Shown here: positions 8,122-16,910 of the stretch, in pieces
Numbering within the stretch: position 1 is the first letter of the stretch
Layout: each line of letters begins with the position of its first letter
IMG/VR virus record: IMGVR_UViG_3300044262_000072
Coordinates: 1 to 34,695 of that record
DNA length: 34,695 nucleotides
DNA from: a virus
Lineage: Duplodnaviria; Caudoviricetes
Direction: 5' to 3' (one strand)
Translations under genes and position numbers: made by a program
Notes under the pieces: generated by a model
What the model saw: the letters and a program-made list of their open reading frames with translations, nothing else
Database searches by the model: none
Told to the model about the DNA's origin: nothing

Positions 8122-10043
8122 TGCAAGTTTTTGAGATTACAGGCAACGTTACTGGTATATCTAGGCAAGGAGTTAATTTCCTTCAGCCAAAAGATTCATA
8201 TCAAAATTTGTTTAATGGGTACATATATAGACAAGTTGTCCAATCACGTCAGGGTTTTAGCCGTTTTTCTACAGGCGCATTGGACGACGGCCTTCGCGTA
8301 ATGGGCATATTCAATAATTATCGAAGAAACGGGTCTATACAATGTCTTGCTGTTACTCTTAATCACTTATACGTTTATGATGAGGCTACAGATACATTTA
8401 TTGAAGTGCCTACTGGTGGATCTCTTGGTATAGGACATACTTTTGGCATAGCTTCAAATGATGAATATGTTTCTGGAACAACATATCCTTTTGCTGATGG
8501 ATCAGACCGCTTTGTTTTTACTTCTAAGGGGATGACGCACGTTTACCAGTATGACCCAAATAGCGGTGCATATGGAACTGTAACGGACTATACTAATGCT
8601 GCTGATAATCTAAATTATGTAGCCCCTGCCTCCGGGGCGCTTACAAAAGCAAAATATGTCATCTATTTTGGTGAGCGTTTAAATTTTTTCTATCCTGAAA
8701 TCGGTGCTCAACCATATCCACAGGGACATTTATTCAGCGGTATTCGAACAGCTTCAGGCAATGGTGATAATTATAACGTATCTGGAAGCGGTCTAATCAT
8801 TCTAGATACTCAGGAGTATATCAATGGAGCATCAATTCTCGGCAATGTTATTGCCCTTAATTTGTCTCGTTCCAACTGGACTGTTGAAAAGACGCGCGAT
8901 GCGTTTAATCCATATCTTCCTAGGAAAGTTCCTAGTGTTGTAGGAACAGATGCTGATTTTTCGTTTGTTTCTTGGTCGGATATTGTTAGGTCGATTGGTA
9001 AAACGGGTATCATTTCAACTGATGGAAGACAATCACAGCGTGTAGATGATAAGATCCCTTTTTTTACTCGTGACGACATAGATCAACCTAACTTTGGTTT
9101 GATATATGGTGGGTTTGACCGTGCTAATGCGCAGTTTTTATTCAGTTATCTGAGTTCAGAAGATGATTTTGGTTTAGATAGTCAAGATAGGTGTTTAGTC
9201 AATAATTACGAAGAGCAGTCATGGTCTATTTATGACTGGCGTTTTACCTGCTTCTGCGAAATACAGAATGGTCAAAACATCGTCTGGGATGCTGTGAGTG
9301 ATGTAGATCATCCAGAAAGGCCTGAATGGGCTGAATGGGATACTACTGAAGATATTTGGGATAAAATTGGTCTTGGTGAATCTGTCACTAAAACGATTGC
9401 CGGAGATAATTATGGCAATATTTGGCAGTTAAATGTAGATTATGACGACTATTTTGTTTCTATAAACGGGATAACGCAAGCAAATCAAGCTGTAATTACA
9501 ATTACAGACCCAATTCCATTTGTTGTCGGAGATCAGGTAGCCATTTCAGGTGTAGTTGGAATGACTGAAATTAACAATTATGATCCTGAAAATGATATTG
9601 AGACAAGTCCACCATATAATGTTGTGGCTGTCAATGGTGGTCTAAACCAAATAACGATTGACGTTGACTCATCGCTTTTTGGAGCCTATGTTTCAGGTGG
9701 GACACTTTCAAAAACGATTAATTTCACAGCTGAGACTATCCCCTTCAATCCATGGCGTGCTGAAGGATTAAAATGTTACTGCCATTTTGTCGAATTGCTC
9801 ATAAATACAAATGGTGGAGAAGTACTTTTTTCTGTTTTAGCAGATGAAGATGAGACACCATTTATACAAAATGTTGTTTTGAGTCCTACGAACACACAAG
9901 CAAGAAGAGAGTGGATAAGTGTCAGTGTTGATCAAGAATCAAACTTTTTTACTTTCATTATGAACCAGAATAGCCCTGGTCAGCAAATACAGATCACATC
10001 GATGAGAATACATTGCGCGAAAGGAGGATTAACTAGTTATTAA
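8121..10043 (+). CDS. Tail nozzle / tubular protein B-like (beta-propeller) with inserted E1-FCCH-like domain
   Basis: 640 aa, aromatic beta-rich, located before the ejection-type proteins as for P22 gp10 or T7 gp12. Insert VSINGITQANQAVIT...VGDQVAISGVVGMTEINN...DVDSSLFGAYVSGG at about 9456-9701. Confidence 0.7.
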   Translation: MQVFEITGNVTGISRQGVNFLQPKDSYQNLFNGYIYRQVVQSRQGFSRFSTGALDDGLRVMGIFNNYRRNGSIQCLAVTLNHLYVYDEATDTFIEVPTGGSLGIGHTFGIASNDEYVSGTTYPFADGSDRFVFTSKGMTHVYQYDPNSGAYGTVTDYTNAADNLNYVAPASGALTKAKYVIYFGERLNFFYPEIGAQPYPQGHLFSGIRTASGNGDNYNVSGSGLIILDTQEYINGASILGNVIALNLSRSNWTVEKTRDAFNPYLPRKVPSVVGTDADFSFVSWSDIVRSIGKTGIISTDGRQSQRVDDKIPFFTRDDIDQPNFGLIYGGFDRANAQFLFSYLSSEDDFGLDSQDRCLVNNYEEQSWSIYDWRFTCFCEIQNGQNIVWDAVSDVDHPERPEWAEWDTTEDIWDKIGLGESVTKTIAGDNYGNIWQLNVDYDDYFVSINGITQANQAVITITDPIPFVVGDQVAISGVVGMTEINNYDPENDIETSPPYNVVAVNGGLNQITIDVDSSLFGAYVSGGTLSKTINFTAETIPFNPWRAEGLKCYCHFVELLINTNGGEVLFSVLADEDETPFIQNVVLSPTNTQARREWISVSVDQESNFFTFIMNQNSPGQQIQITSMRIHCAKGGLTSY

Positions 10044-10083
10044 ATTCAAATTATTGTAGTCTCATTGTTAACCAGGAGGAAAT

Positions 10084-10629
10084 TTGGATAATGAATTGGG
10101 AAAATGCAATAAATGTGGATTACATAACAGGATATCCAGGAAAAATGCATCATGTAGATTATGTAAAAACGAGTATGAAAGAGAAAGAACAAAAAAAAAC
10201 CCTGAACATCAAAAAAAATTACAAAAAGCTAAATATAATAGATTAAAAATTAAATATTATGAATATAGAAAAAAAAGGATAGAAAAGGATCCTGAAAAAG
10301 AAAGGGAGTACCAGAGAAAAAATTATAAAAGAAAAAAAGATTCGGGTTTTAATTTAACACGTTATGAATATGATAAAGCAAAAAAAGCTAGATTAAAGTG
10401 GCAAAATAAATTCCCAGATAAATATAAATGCCAATATAAAATGTATAATGCTATAAAATCAGGTAAATTAATAAGGCCCAAAATATGTAGTATATGTAAA
10501 TTAGAAAAAAAAATTCAAGGGCATCATGCTGATTATTGCAAACCATTAGATGTAATTTGGTGTTGTATTACATGTCATGCAGAATTAGACAGGAAAAGAA
10601 GAAGGGAAATAAGAGAATGGCACGCATAG
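10084..10629 (+). CDS. Putative HNH-type homing endonuclease (paralogue of 4971-5609)
   Basis: TTG start with RBS AGGAGG; CNKC..CRLC; C-terminal NAIKSGKLIRPKICSIC...IQGHHADYCKPLDVIWCCITCH; very A-rich. Confidence 0.8.
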   Translation: MDNELGKCNKCGLHNRISRKNASCRLCKNEYERERTKKNPEHQKKLQKAKYNRLKIKYYEYRKKRIEKDPEKEREYQRKNYKRKKDSGFNLTRYEYDKAKKARLKWQNKFPDKYKCQYKMYNAIKSGKLIRPKICSICKLEKKIQGHHADYCKPLDVIWCCITCHAELDRKRRREIREWHA

Positions 10630-10883
10630 CAGAAAGATTTAACATAGGTGATAAGAATAACATCACTCTAGAACGCTTATTGCTTCTATTGGAAGAAATG
10701 TACATGGATATAGCCGAAGCGCTCAATAAAAAGCCTGAGGTGTATGTAAGGGATACAGACGGACAAGCTAGCGATACATTTTTGTCTATTGGTGATATAA
10801 ATATTAACAGTAACACAAATAAGGTTGAGATGCTGGTAGCGCATCCAACGCAAACAACCGTTACGTGGAAGGAGTTGATTTAA
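10617..10883 (+). CDS. Small virion protein (hypothetical)
   Basis: Probable start MARIAERF at 10617; coupled to the ATG at 10883. Confidence 0.65.
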   Translation: MARIAERFNIGDKNNITLERLLLLLEEMYMDIAEALNKKPEVYVRDTDGQASDTFLSIGDININSNTNKVEMLVAHPTQTTVTWKELI

Positions 10884-11500
10884 TGGGATGGGCGGCACCA
10901 GTAGCAAGCGCAGCTATAAGCGCAGGTGGTTCGATCTTGGGCGGTATCATGGGCAACCAAGGCAACCAAGAAACGAAATTACAACGGCAAAGACGAAAAC
11001 TTATTGATGAGCTTCTTGGATCTTTGAAGTCAGGTTCCGGAGCATTTTCAGACCTATTTAATGTTGATGAAGAGATGTTTAATAAGGCTTATGTAGAGCC
11101 CGCAATGTCTAGATTTAGCAATCGTATTGCTCCAGGAATTCAACAAGAATTTATTGCTTCTGGCATGCAAAGAGGTACAGGTCTTGATGATACTTTAACC
11201 AGAGCTGGTGTTGACCTACAAAACGATTTAAATCGGCTTTACGGTGATTTTTATCAGCAAGGGATTAACCGTAGAAGTAATCTTCTTAGTGGAATATTAG
11301 GTAGTTCTGACCCTGGTGCTCCTAATCCGATGTCAACAGGGCAAGCAGCGGGTCAGGCTGCAGCAGGATACTTTGCAAGCCCTGGTTTTGGTAAAGCTGC
11401 TGAAGGAATTGGAAATTGGTTTGCAAGCAATCAAAATGATAACATGACAGGTCGTGTAGGTTATGAGCAAAACCGCAATACTTGGCAGGGAGGATACTAA
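10883..11500 (+). CDS. DNA ejection / internal virion protein (P22 gp7-like position)
   Basis: RBS AAGGAG; N-terminal hydrophobic G/A segment (WAAPVASAAISAGGSILGGIMG) and G/Q-rich body typical of pilot proteins. Confidence 0.65.
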   Translation: MGWAAPVASAAISAGGSILGGIMGNQGNQETKLQRQRRKLIDELLGSLKSGSGAFSDLFNVDEEMFNKAYVEPAMSRFSNRIAPGIQQEFIASGMQRGTGLDDTLTRAGVDLQNDLNRLYGDFYQQGINRRSNLLSGILGSSDPGAPNPMSTGQAAGQAAAGYFASPGFGKAAEGIGNWFASNQNDNMTGRVGYEQNRNTWQGGY

Positions 11501-12702
11501 TGAACCGTACACCGTCCCCCTTTGAGATAGGACAAGCCGTTGGAACGAATATCGGCAAAGGATTCACTGCGTATCAAGATAAGACCGCTCTTGACGACAT
11601 TTTAGAGCAAGCTTCTAGATCGAAAGATCCTAATCATATCAACGATATCATGGGGCAGATCCTTCAGCGTGTTTCACCTGAGAGGCAGCAAGCAGCTTTG
11701 GGACTTTTGCAGCAGAAGCAGCAGTTCATCCAGCAGAATCTTGAGAAGGAACAAAAACAAGCAATAGACCAGAGAGAACGCCAGGCTAAAATTAAAATGG
11801 GTATCGATCCAGATTTACCAACTCCTCTAGCTAAAGAAGCTTATAAGACACAGCAAAAAGATAAGAGAATAGCAAGTGTTTTCGGTGAACCATCGCAAGG
11901 AACCAATCAAGGACAAGGTATTAATTCCGAAAATCCTTTTGCGCAGTTTAGCGATGATAAATTAGTTACTCTTACTGGAGCTCCAGATAGGGAGATTTCA
12001 GAACCAGCTAAAACAGAGTTAAGAAGAAGACAAGAAGCTGCTAAAGCTGCCCAATCTCAGTTTGAGCCCGAAGCTGATAAATTAGAAGCTAAAAGAGTTT
12101 CAGAGTTAGCTACGGAAATTGAGAAAGAGTTTCAATCAGCAGTTAATGAAGATATGCGTCTTGAGAGACAACTACAACTAGATAAAGAAGGCAATGTTTC
12201 AACTCCTGCTTTAATTAAACTTATGGATACCTTCGGCGTTCCTATTGGTGTTCTTGGAAATCCTGCTACTGAAGAATATAGAAAGCTTGAGGCTGATTAT
12301 GTCCGCGATGTAAGCAAGGTTTTTCCAGGTGGCAAAATTACAAATTATGAAATTGGTGCTTACCTAAAAACAATTCCAAGTTTAATGAATAGCCCTGAAG
12401 GAAGGAAGCAGATAATCGCCAATAGAAAGCTTATGAATCAAGCTAAGCGAGTGCGCTATGATGCCTATAAGCAGATCTTAAAAGAGAACAACGGGAAAAA
12501 ACCACAAAATCTTGGAGTTTTGCTAGAAGAAAGAACGGCGCCAAAATTAGCGGAGATCGAGGATAGGTTTATAAATAATATTAACGAAGGCGTTGATAAA
12601 TTTCAGCAACCAATTCGAATGTTTGATCCTGAAGGAAATCCTGTAGATATTCCCCCAAATAAAATAGAAGCAGCCTTAAAAGCAGGGGCACGATTTAAAT
12701 GA
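11500..12702 (+). CDS. DNA ejection / internal virion protein
   Basis: 400-aa Q/E/K helical protein with FPGGKITNYEI..YLKTIPSL motif; second of three post-nozzle genes. Confidence 0.65.
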   Translation: MNRTPSPFEIGQAVGTNIGKGFTAYQDKTALDDILEQASRSKDPNHINDIMGQILQRVSPERQQAALGLLQQKQQFIQQNLEKEQKQAIDQRERQAKIKMGIDPDLPTPLAKEAYKTQQKDKRIASVFGEPSQGTNQGQGINSENPFAQFSDDKLVTLTGAPDREISEPAKTELRRRQEAAKAAQSQFEPEADKLEAKRVSELATEIEKEFQSAVNEDMRLERQLQLDKEGNVSTPALIKLMDTFGVPIGVLGNPATEEYRKLEADYVRDVSKVFPGGKITNYEIGAYLKTIPSLMNSPEGRKQIIANRKLMNQAKRVRYDAYKQILKENNGKKPQNLGVLLEERTAPKLAEIEDRFINNINEGVDKFQQPIRMFDPEGNPVDIPPNKIEAALKAGARFK

Positions 12703-14042
12703 ACCCAGTTGTAGATGATGAACCTTTTGATTTTTCGCAATACCAAGTCGATGGTATAGAGGCTGAAACAATACCATCACGTTCTGTGGATACCAATGAA
12801 AGTGAACCTTTTGATTTCAATGCTTACAAAGTAAAAGAGCCCCCTACACTTAAACAAGAAATAGGCAGGCATGCAACGCGAACAGGTGCGCGAATAGCCG
12901 AAACAATCTTAGGGTTTCCTGGGGATATTATTAGATTGACTAAGGGGGTTGCCGAATCTTTGCCAAAACCACCTGAATTTCTAAGAAAAGAACCCTCGGG
13001 CTTAAAAAAGGTAGGCAAACAAGCCTTAGAATCTATTCCTGGAAGCGAAGATTTAAAAAATATGTCTAGCTATCTCACAAGTGGGTTTACTGATCCGCAA
13101 GGTGCACTAGAAGAATTAGGTGATGAAGTCACCTCTTTAGCTACTATTCTTGTAAAGCCTGCAAAAGCCGTTGAATCATTTCCAAAGTTTCTTGGCACTA
13201 TTGGTAAAGCTTTTGGAAAATCAGCAGCTGTTAAAGGTGTTGGTGAGGGTTCAAAACTACTTGGTGCTACCGAAGGACAGCAGAATGCTGTTGAGCTTGG
13301 TACTTTATTTTTGACTGGACTTCTTGGAAGAAAAACGGCCGACAAATTTGTAAGCGAGCAATATCAGAAAGCGAGAGCTGAAATACCTAAAGGAACTTTG
13401 ATTGATACCACTAATCTAGCGCAGAGTCTAAAAGAGGTAGATGCAGAATTATCAAAAGGGATTGCCACAGCAACAAAAGATGAAGTGCGCAAATCTATAG
13501 ATGAACTAAGTAGAAAAGCATCTGGTGGATTGATAGAAGCAGATGAATTAGTTCAAACTATTCATGACATCAATGAAAAAATGTCATCAAAAAAACTTTT
13601 TACAGATTTAGATAAAACTGAAAGAAAATTACTTAAATATCGATATGATAAATTTAGATCTGAAGTAAATAAAGAAGTAGCTAAATATGGAGAATCTAAC
13701 CCTAAATTTTATAAAACTTGGCAGGATGCTAACCAAGCATATGGAGCGGTTGCAAGCAGTAAAAAATTTGGGAATTGGCTTGAAAGTAAAATAGGCTCAT
13801 TACCAAAGCATCTAGTGGGATCCGTAGCCGTTGATTTATTTTTAGGACAACCATTGACAGCTGTAGGAGCATTTGGTACATATGGTTTGATCAAATCAGG
13901 AGAACTTTTAGCTAGAATTGCTAAAAGTCCAAAACTTCGCGACCATTATATGAGAGTTCTATTAGAAGGTGGAAATGAAAATCTACCGGGGGTTATAAAA
14001 CACCTCAATGCTTTAGAAAAAGAAGTTGCAAAAATTCAATAA
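12699..14042 (+). CDS. DNA ejection / internal virion protein
   Basis: 447 aa; duplicated N-terminal EPFDF..Y motif, G/A-rich amphipathic segments; last gene of the structural operon. Confidence 0.6.
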   Translation: MNPVVDDEPFDFSQYQVDGIEAETIPSRSVDTNESEPFDFNAYKVKEPPTLKQEIGRHATRTGARIAETILGFPGDIIRLTKGVAESLPKPPEFLRKEPSGLKKVGKQALESIPGSEDLKNMSSYLTSGFTDPQGALEELGDEVTSLATILVKPAKAVESFPKFLGTIGKAFGKSAAVKGVGEGSKLLGATEGQQNAVELGTLFLTGLLGRKTADKFVSEQYQKARAEIPKGTLIDTTNLAQSLKEVDAELSKGIATATKDEVRKSIDELSRKASGGLIEADELVQTIHDINEKMSSKKLFTDLDKTERKLLKYRYDKFRSEVNKEVAKYGESNPKFYKTWQDANQAYGAVASSKKFGNWLESKIGSLPKHLVGSVAVDLFLGQPLTAVGAFGTYGLIKSGELLARIAKSPKLRDHYMRVLLEGGNENLPGVIKHLNALEKEVAKIQ

Positions 14043-14131
14043 AAAATATCCGCATCTTTTTCTTCGCGTCTAAATGCTAAAAATCCAAATAAAACAACCG
14101 CAAATGGCATTAAAAATAAAATTAGTGTCAT
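14036..14131 (-). CDS. 31-aa single-pass membrane peptide, not in the ORF track
   Basis: MTLILFLMPFAVVLFGFLAFRREEKDADIFY; ATGA overlap with the stop of 14128-14460. Confidence 0.55.
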   Translation of the reverse strand: MTLILFLMPFAVVLFGFLAFRREEKDADIFY

Positions 14132-14460
14132 ATGTGTTTCCATGTAATTTTTCTTGTTATATAACTAGATGAGCTTGAGCTTATCTTATATTTTCTTGAT
14201 ATATCCATTGTGGACATACCACATTTAAATTCTTCCCGTATTTGCAAAACAAAATAAGACTCTGGAATTTCTCCTTTCCATAATCGGTATGAAAGGCGAT
14301 GAGCGAGTATTTTTTTCTTTTTTCCATCAAGTGCGCTTGATGTTAATCCGTATAGTTTTTTAGGCTCACATTTATATCCAGTCCAAACCCAACAACCATT
14401 TTCATTTGTATAAGAAGTATCTTTAAGCCTTTTTTTGGTAACATCTATATATTCAATCAT
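14128..14460 (-). pseudogene. HNH endonuclease derivative with in-frame loss of the catalytic core
   Basis: GCWVWTG...AHRLSYRLWKGEIPESYFVL joins directly to QIREEF...ITWKHI. The HxCDNPxCxNPxHL segment present in homologue 26336-26959 is absent. Confidence 0.75.
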
Positions 14461-14531
14461 CTTAGTCGAGCCAGCAACAGAGTAACATCAGAGGTACTCC
14501 AATCATCATTGCTAAAATAAATGATAACATT

Positions 14532-14732
14532 TTACCCCCTATAATCCTTTTTAAGCATGTCTATGATCACCTTGTATAAATGATCTATGCGTATGATTGC
14601 GTTCTGGTGATCTTGGTGCAATTTATCAACCTCAGCTTTCATATCAATCTTAAAATTTCGAAAGAACGTGTACATAAAAGCAATGACGCCTATACCTGTA
14701 CCGACTATCGTAACAAAAAGTGCTAAATCCAC
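14532..14732 (-). CDS. Small membrane-anchored coiled-coil protein
   Basis: GTG start; N-terminal TM helix followed by a heptad helix (RIDHLYKVIIDMLK). Confidence 0.75.
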   Translation of the reverse strand: MDLALFVTIVGTGIGVIAFMYTFFRNFKIDMKAEVDKLHQDHQNAIIRIDHLYKVIIDMLKKDYRG

Positions 14733-14962
14733 TATTTCTTGTTCCTCTCTTCAATTGCGCATAGTCTTCCGTGGAAGTCTTTTGATTCTGTCATCATAGC
14801 GTTTTGAAATGCTTTAGAATCTGCTTGTATAGCTCTTAATAAATCTAAACTTTCTCGTCGATCTGAGTTAGCCTCTGATCTTACCCACAGAAACATCGAT
14901 ATGATCGTCCCTATGTTTGTGAAAATAAATACAGCCATTAAAAGTAATGTTGTTTTATCCAT
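14732..14962 (-). CDS. Small membrane-anchored coiled-coil protein ending KDFHGRLCAIEER
   Basis: RBS GGAGG before ATG 14962 (MDKTTLLL); TM helix plus coiled coil. Confidence 0.8.
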   Translation of the reverse strand: MDKTTLLLMAVFIFTNIGTIISMFLWVRSEANSDRRESLDLLRAIQADSKAFQNAMMTESKDFHGRLCAIEERNKK

Positions 14963-15045
14963 GCAAACCTCCATGTTATGTTTTGTCATACAGTATACAT
15001 AAGTATACAATTATTGAAAATACGAACAAAAACTTTAAATTCAGT

Positions 15046-15549
15046 CTACTTCTGCTCAAGCTCGTCAGCTTTAGCGGACATCAGATCATGTATGTTAGCG
15101 GCCGTCTCAACTTCCTTCAATTTTCTTGCCGCTGCCATGTCGTCCATAGAGATTTTTTCAGCTCTATTAAATTGATCATAAACAGTTGCATTTAGATCAA
15201 AAGCTTTAACATGTAGTTCTCCACTATTCAATCTTTCTTCTCTTCTAAACCCTAAAAACGTTTTTACTTTATCATAAGCGCGCGAAAACTCAATATCATC
15301 ATCAACCCATTCTAGAAACGTTCTTGCTGGTATATCGTTGTATGCACAAAATTTATTAATGTTAATGCTGTCATCTTGCTTAGCCCACTCCAACATGCGT
15401 TCAGCTATCGCCACCTTATCATATTCAGATGGTCTCCCCCCTTGATTTCCAATAGCATTTTGATTGCCCATAGGTGCTCCACCTTTATTTTTAGGAACTA
15501 GTATATTACCCGTAACTTTGCATCGTCTAACCGGTTTTTCTTTAGCCAT
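15046..15549 (-). CDS. terS: Terminase small subunit
   Basis: GGAPMGNQNAIGN.GGRPSEYD followed by an HTH-like segment (INKFCAYNDIPARTFLEWV...EFSRAY..VK) typical of TerS. RBS GAGG before ATG 15549. Confidence 0.75.
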   Translation of the reverse strand: MAKEKPVRRCKVTGNILVPKNKGGAPMGNQNAIGNQGGRPSEYDKVAIAERMLEWAKQDDSININKFCAYNDIPARTFLEWVDDDIEFSRAYDKVKTFLGFRREERLNSGELHVKAFDLNATVYDQFNRAEKISMDDMAAARKLKEVETAANIHDLMSAKADELEQK

Positions 15550-15638
15550 AAACCCCTCTACGTTAAATCTAAAAGATAACAATGAAAACTTTAAGTTACA
15601 AGTGTGCATGTCAAGAGATTCTTTTTTTCTTAAATATC

Positions 15639-15667
15639 TTGCGTTAAATTATGAGCTTCTTCATAAT
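15639..15667 (+). promoter_or_regulatory. Putative sigma70-type early promoter
   Basis: TTGCGT-17-CATAAT with an A/T-rich upstream tract, about 100 nt before 15766. Confidence 0.55.
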
Positions 15668-15765
15668 AATACTCATAAATCAAGCAGCATGTCTCCCTGA
15701 TGTCTTGTTAATCAAGCAGGTCGTAGCGGTTGTAAGATCAAGATAAAAAACAAAATGGAGAAAAA

Positions 15766-16002
15766 ATGAGAACATACAACGCAGCAGATTTTGGCTACAA
15801 AGAAGATTCAATGTTAATGCACGTTACAACCGGTAGCGTAGCAACAGCTCAAGAATGGGCAGAAGAAGCACATACATGGTTTCCATATGTAGAAGATGTG
15901 AGTGAAAAACAATTAGATAGCATGATTTGCGAAACATTCGGCGAGTTAGTGGATGTTGAATGGGACATAGAAGAAAAAACATGGAAAGAGAAGGAGATTT
16001 AA
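15766..16002 (+). CDS. Small acidic early protein
   Basis: 78 aa, RBS GGAG, E/D/W-rich. Confidence 0.75.
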   Translation: MRTYNAADFGYKEDSMLMHVTTGSVATAQEWAEEAHTWFPYVEDVSEKQLDSMICETFGELVDVEWDIEEKTWKEKEI

Positions 16003-16176
16003 ATGCACATCATAGAATCAAATGATTTTCAAATCCAACGCATCATGGCACGCGAATCATTAGACTACGAAGAAGCACGTGAGTTTCTTCGAGATCTTAT
16101 GGAGGAAGGTGATGATTACGACTACAATTATGACGAGCGTTGCGGTCTAGGTGACTGCTTTGGAGATGCACTATAA
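16003..16176 (+). CDS. Small acidic early protein (57 aa), not in the ORF track
   Basis: MHIIESNDFQIQRIMARESLDYEEAREFLRDLMEEGDDYDYNYDERCGLGDCFGDAL; RBS AAGGAG. Confidence 0.75.
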   Translation: MHIIESNDFQIQRIMARESLDYEEAREFLRDLMEEGDDYDYNYDERCGLGDCFGDAL

Positions 16177-16214
16177 ACAGGGGCGATATGCCCCTTTCAG
16201 AAAGGATAACAACA

Positions 16215-16478
16215 ATGAACGAACTAGAAATATGCCAGCAAGCTTTTGATGTATCATTAAAAAATATACAAACTGTAATAGCAAATCATTTTGATAAAGA
16301 TGAGGTTTTTCAAGAAGTTTGGTCGGCAATTAAAGAAGCGACCAAAGAATATCTTGAGGATCATAGTGATCAAATTATAGAACAATTTATAAGAAACTTG
16401 TCATCATCATTTGCCGCGACAATGGATGTGGCTGTTGATTTGCGAATTAACGGAAAAAAGAAAAAGAATGGTGGCTAA
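16215..16478 (+). CDS. Hypothetical early protein
   Basis: RBS AAGGA before MNELEI at 16215. Confidence 0.7.
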   Translation: MNELEICQQAFDVSLKNIQTVIANHFDKDEVFQEVWSAIKEATKEYLEDHSDQIIEQFIRNLSSSFAATMDVAVDLRINGKKKKNGG

Positions 16479-16676
16479 ATGAAACCAGAAGAAATCTTAG
16501 CTTTACGTAAACGAACTGGTCTTTCGCAAGAAAGATTTAGTGAAAAGGTTGGTGTCAGCACACGCACTATACACATGTGGGAACAAGGCAAAAATAAGCC
16601 TAATCAACTTAGTTGGAAAGCATTGCAAGCACTGGATTTTGAAACAAAACAAAGAGATGAAATAGATGGAAAATGA
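16479..16676 (+). CDS. XRE-family helix-turn-helix regulator
   Basis: ILALRKRTGLSQERFSEKVGVSTRTIHMWEQGKNKP is a canonical HTH_XRE sequence. Confidence 0.9.
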   Translation: MKPEEILALRKRTGLSQERFSEKVGVSTRTIHMWEQGKNKPNQLSWKALQALDFETKQRDEIDGK

Positions 16677-16836
16677 GTACACGTTTGTTGAATTGCAACA
16701 CAGACTCGAAAAAATAAAAAAAGATGGTACTGGTGAATTTAGCGCTCCTAAAGCGACAATGACTTTATGTCACGAAATCGTGAGACTGCAACTCGAAATT
16801 AAAAGACTGCAAGAGATGATTGACAAAAAAAGTTAA
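16666..16836 (+). CDS. Hypothetical protein (56 aa), not in the ORF track
   Basis: MENEYTFVELQHRLEKIKKDGTGEFSAPKATMTLCHEIVRLQLEIKRLQEMIDKKS; fills the gap before the terminator. Confidence 0.65.
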   Translation: MENEYTFVELQHRLEKIKKDGTGEFSAPKATMTLCHEIVRLQLEIKRLQEMIDKKS

Positions 16837-16876
16837 TCCTTTACAGTGAGATTACTTGTCATTGTTTTGTTTTGGG

Positions 16877-16910
16877 AGGGTGTCGAAAAAGTTTCGATGC
16901 CCTTTTTTTT
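16877..16910 (+). terminator. Intrinsic terminator of the rightward early operon
   Basis: AGGGTGTCGAAA-aag-TTTCGATGCCCT followed by a T run. Confidence 0.85.

Noticed and set aside
10044-10095. RBS-sequestering hairpin before the 10084 HNH gene
   Set aside because: Only a weak AU-rich pairing of about 8 bp with a long loop is possible.
15690-15745. Hammerhead ribozyme (CTGATG)
   Set aside because: The core would need CUGAUGA plus GAAA and a matching three-stem junction, which are absent.
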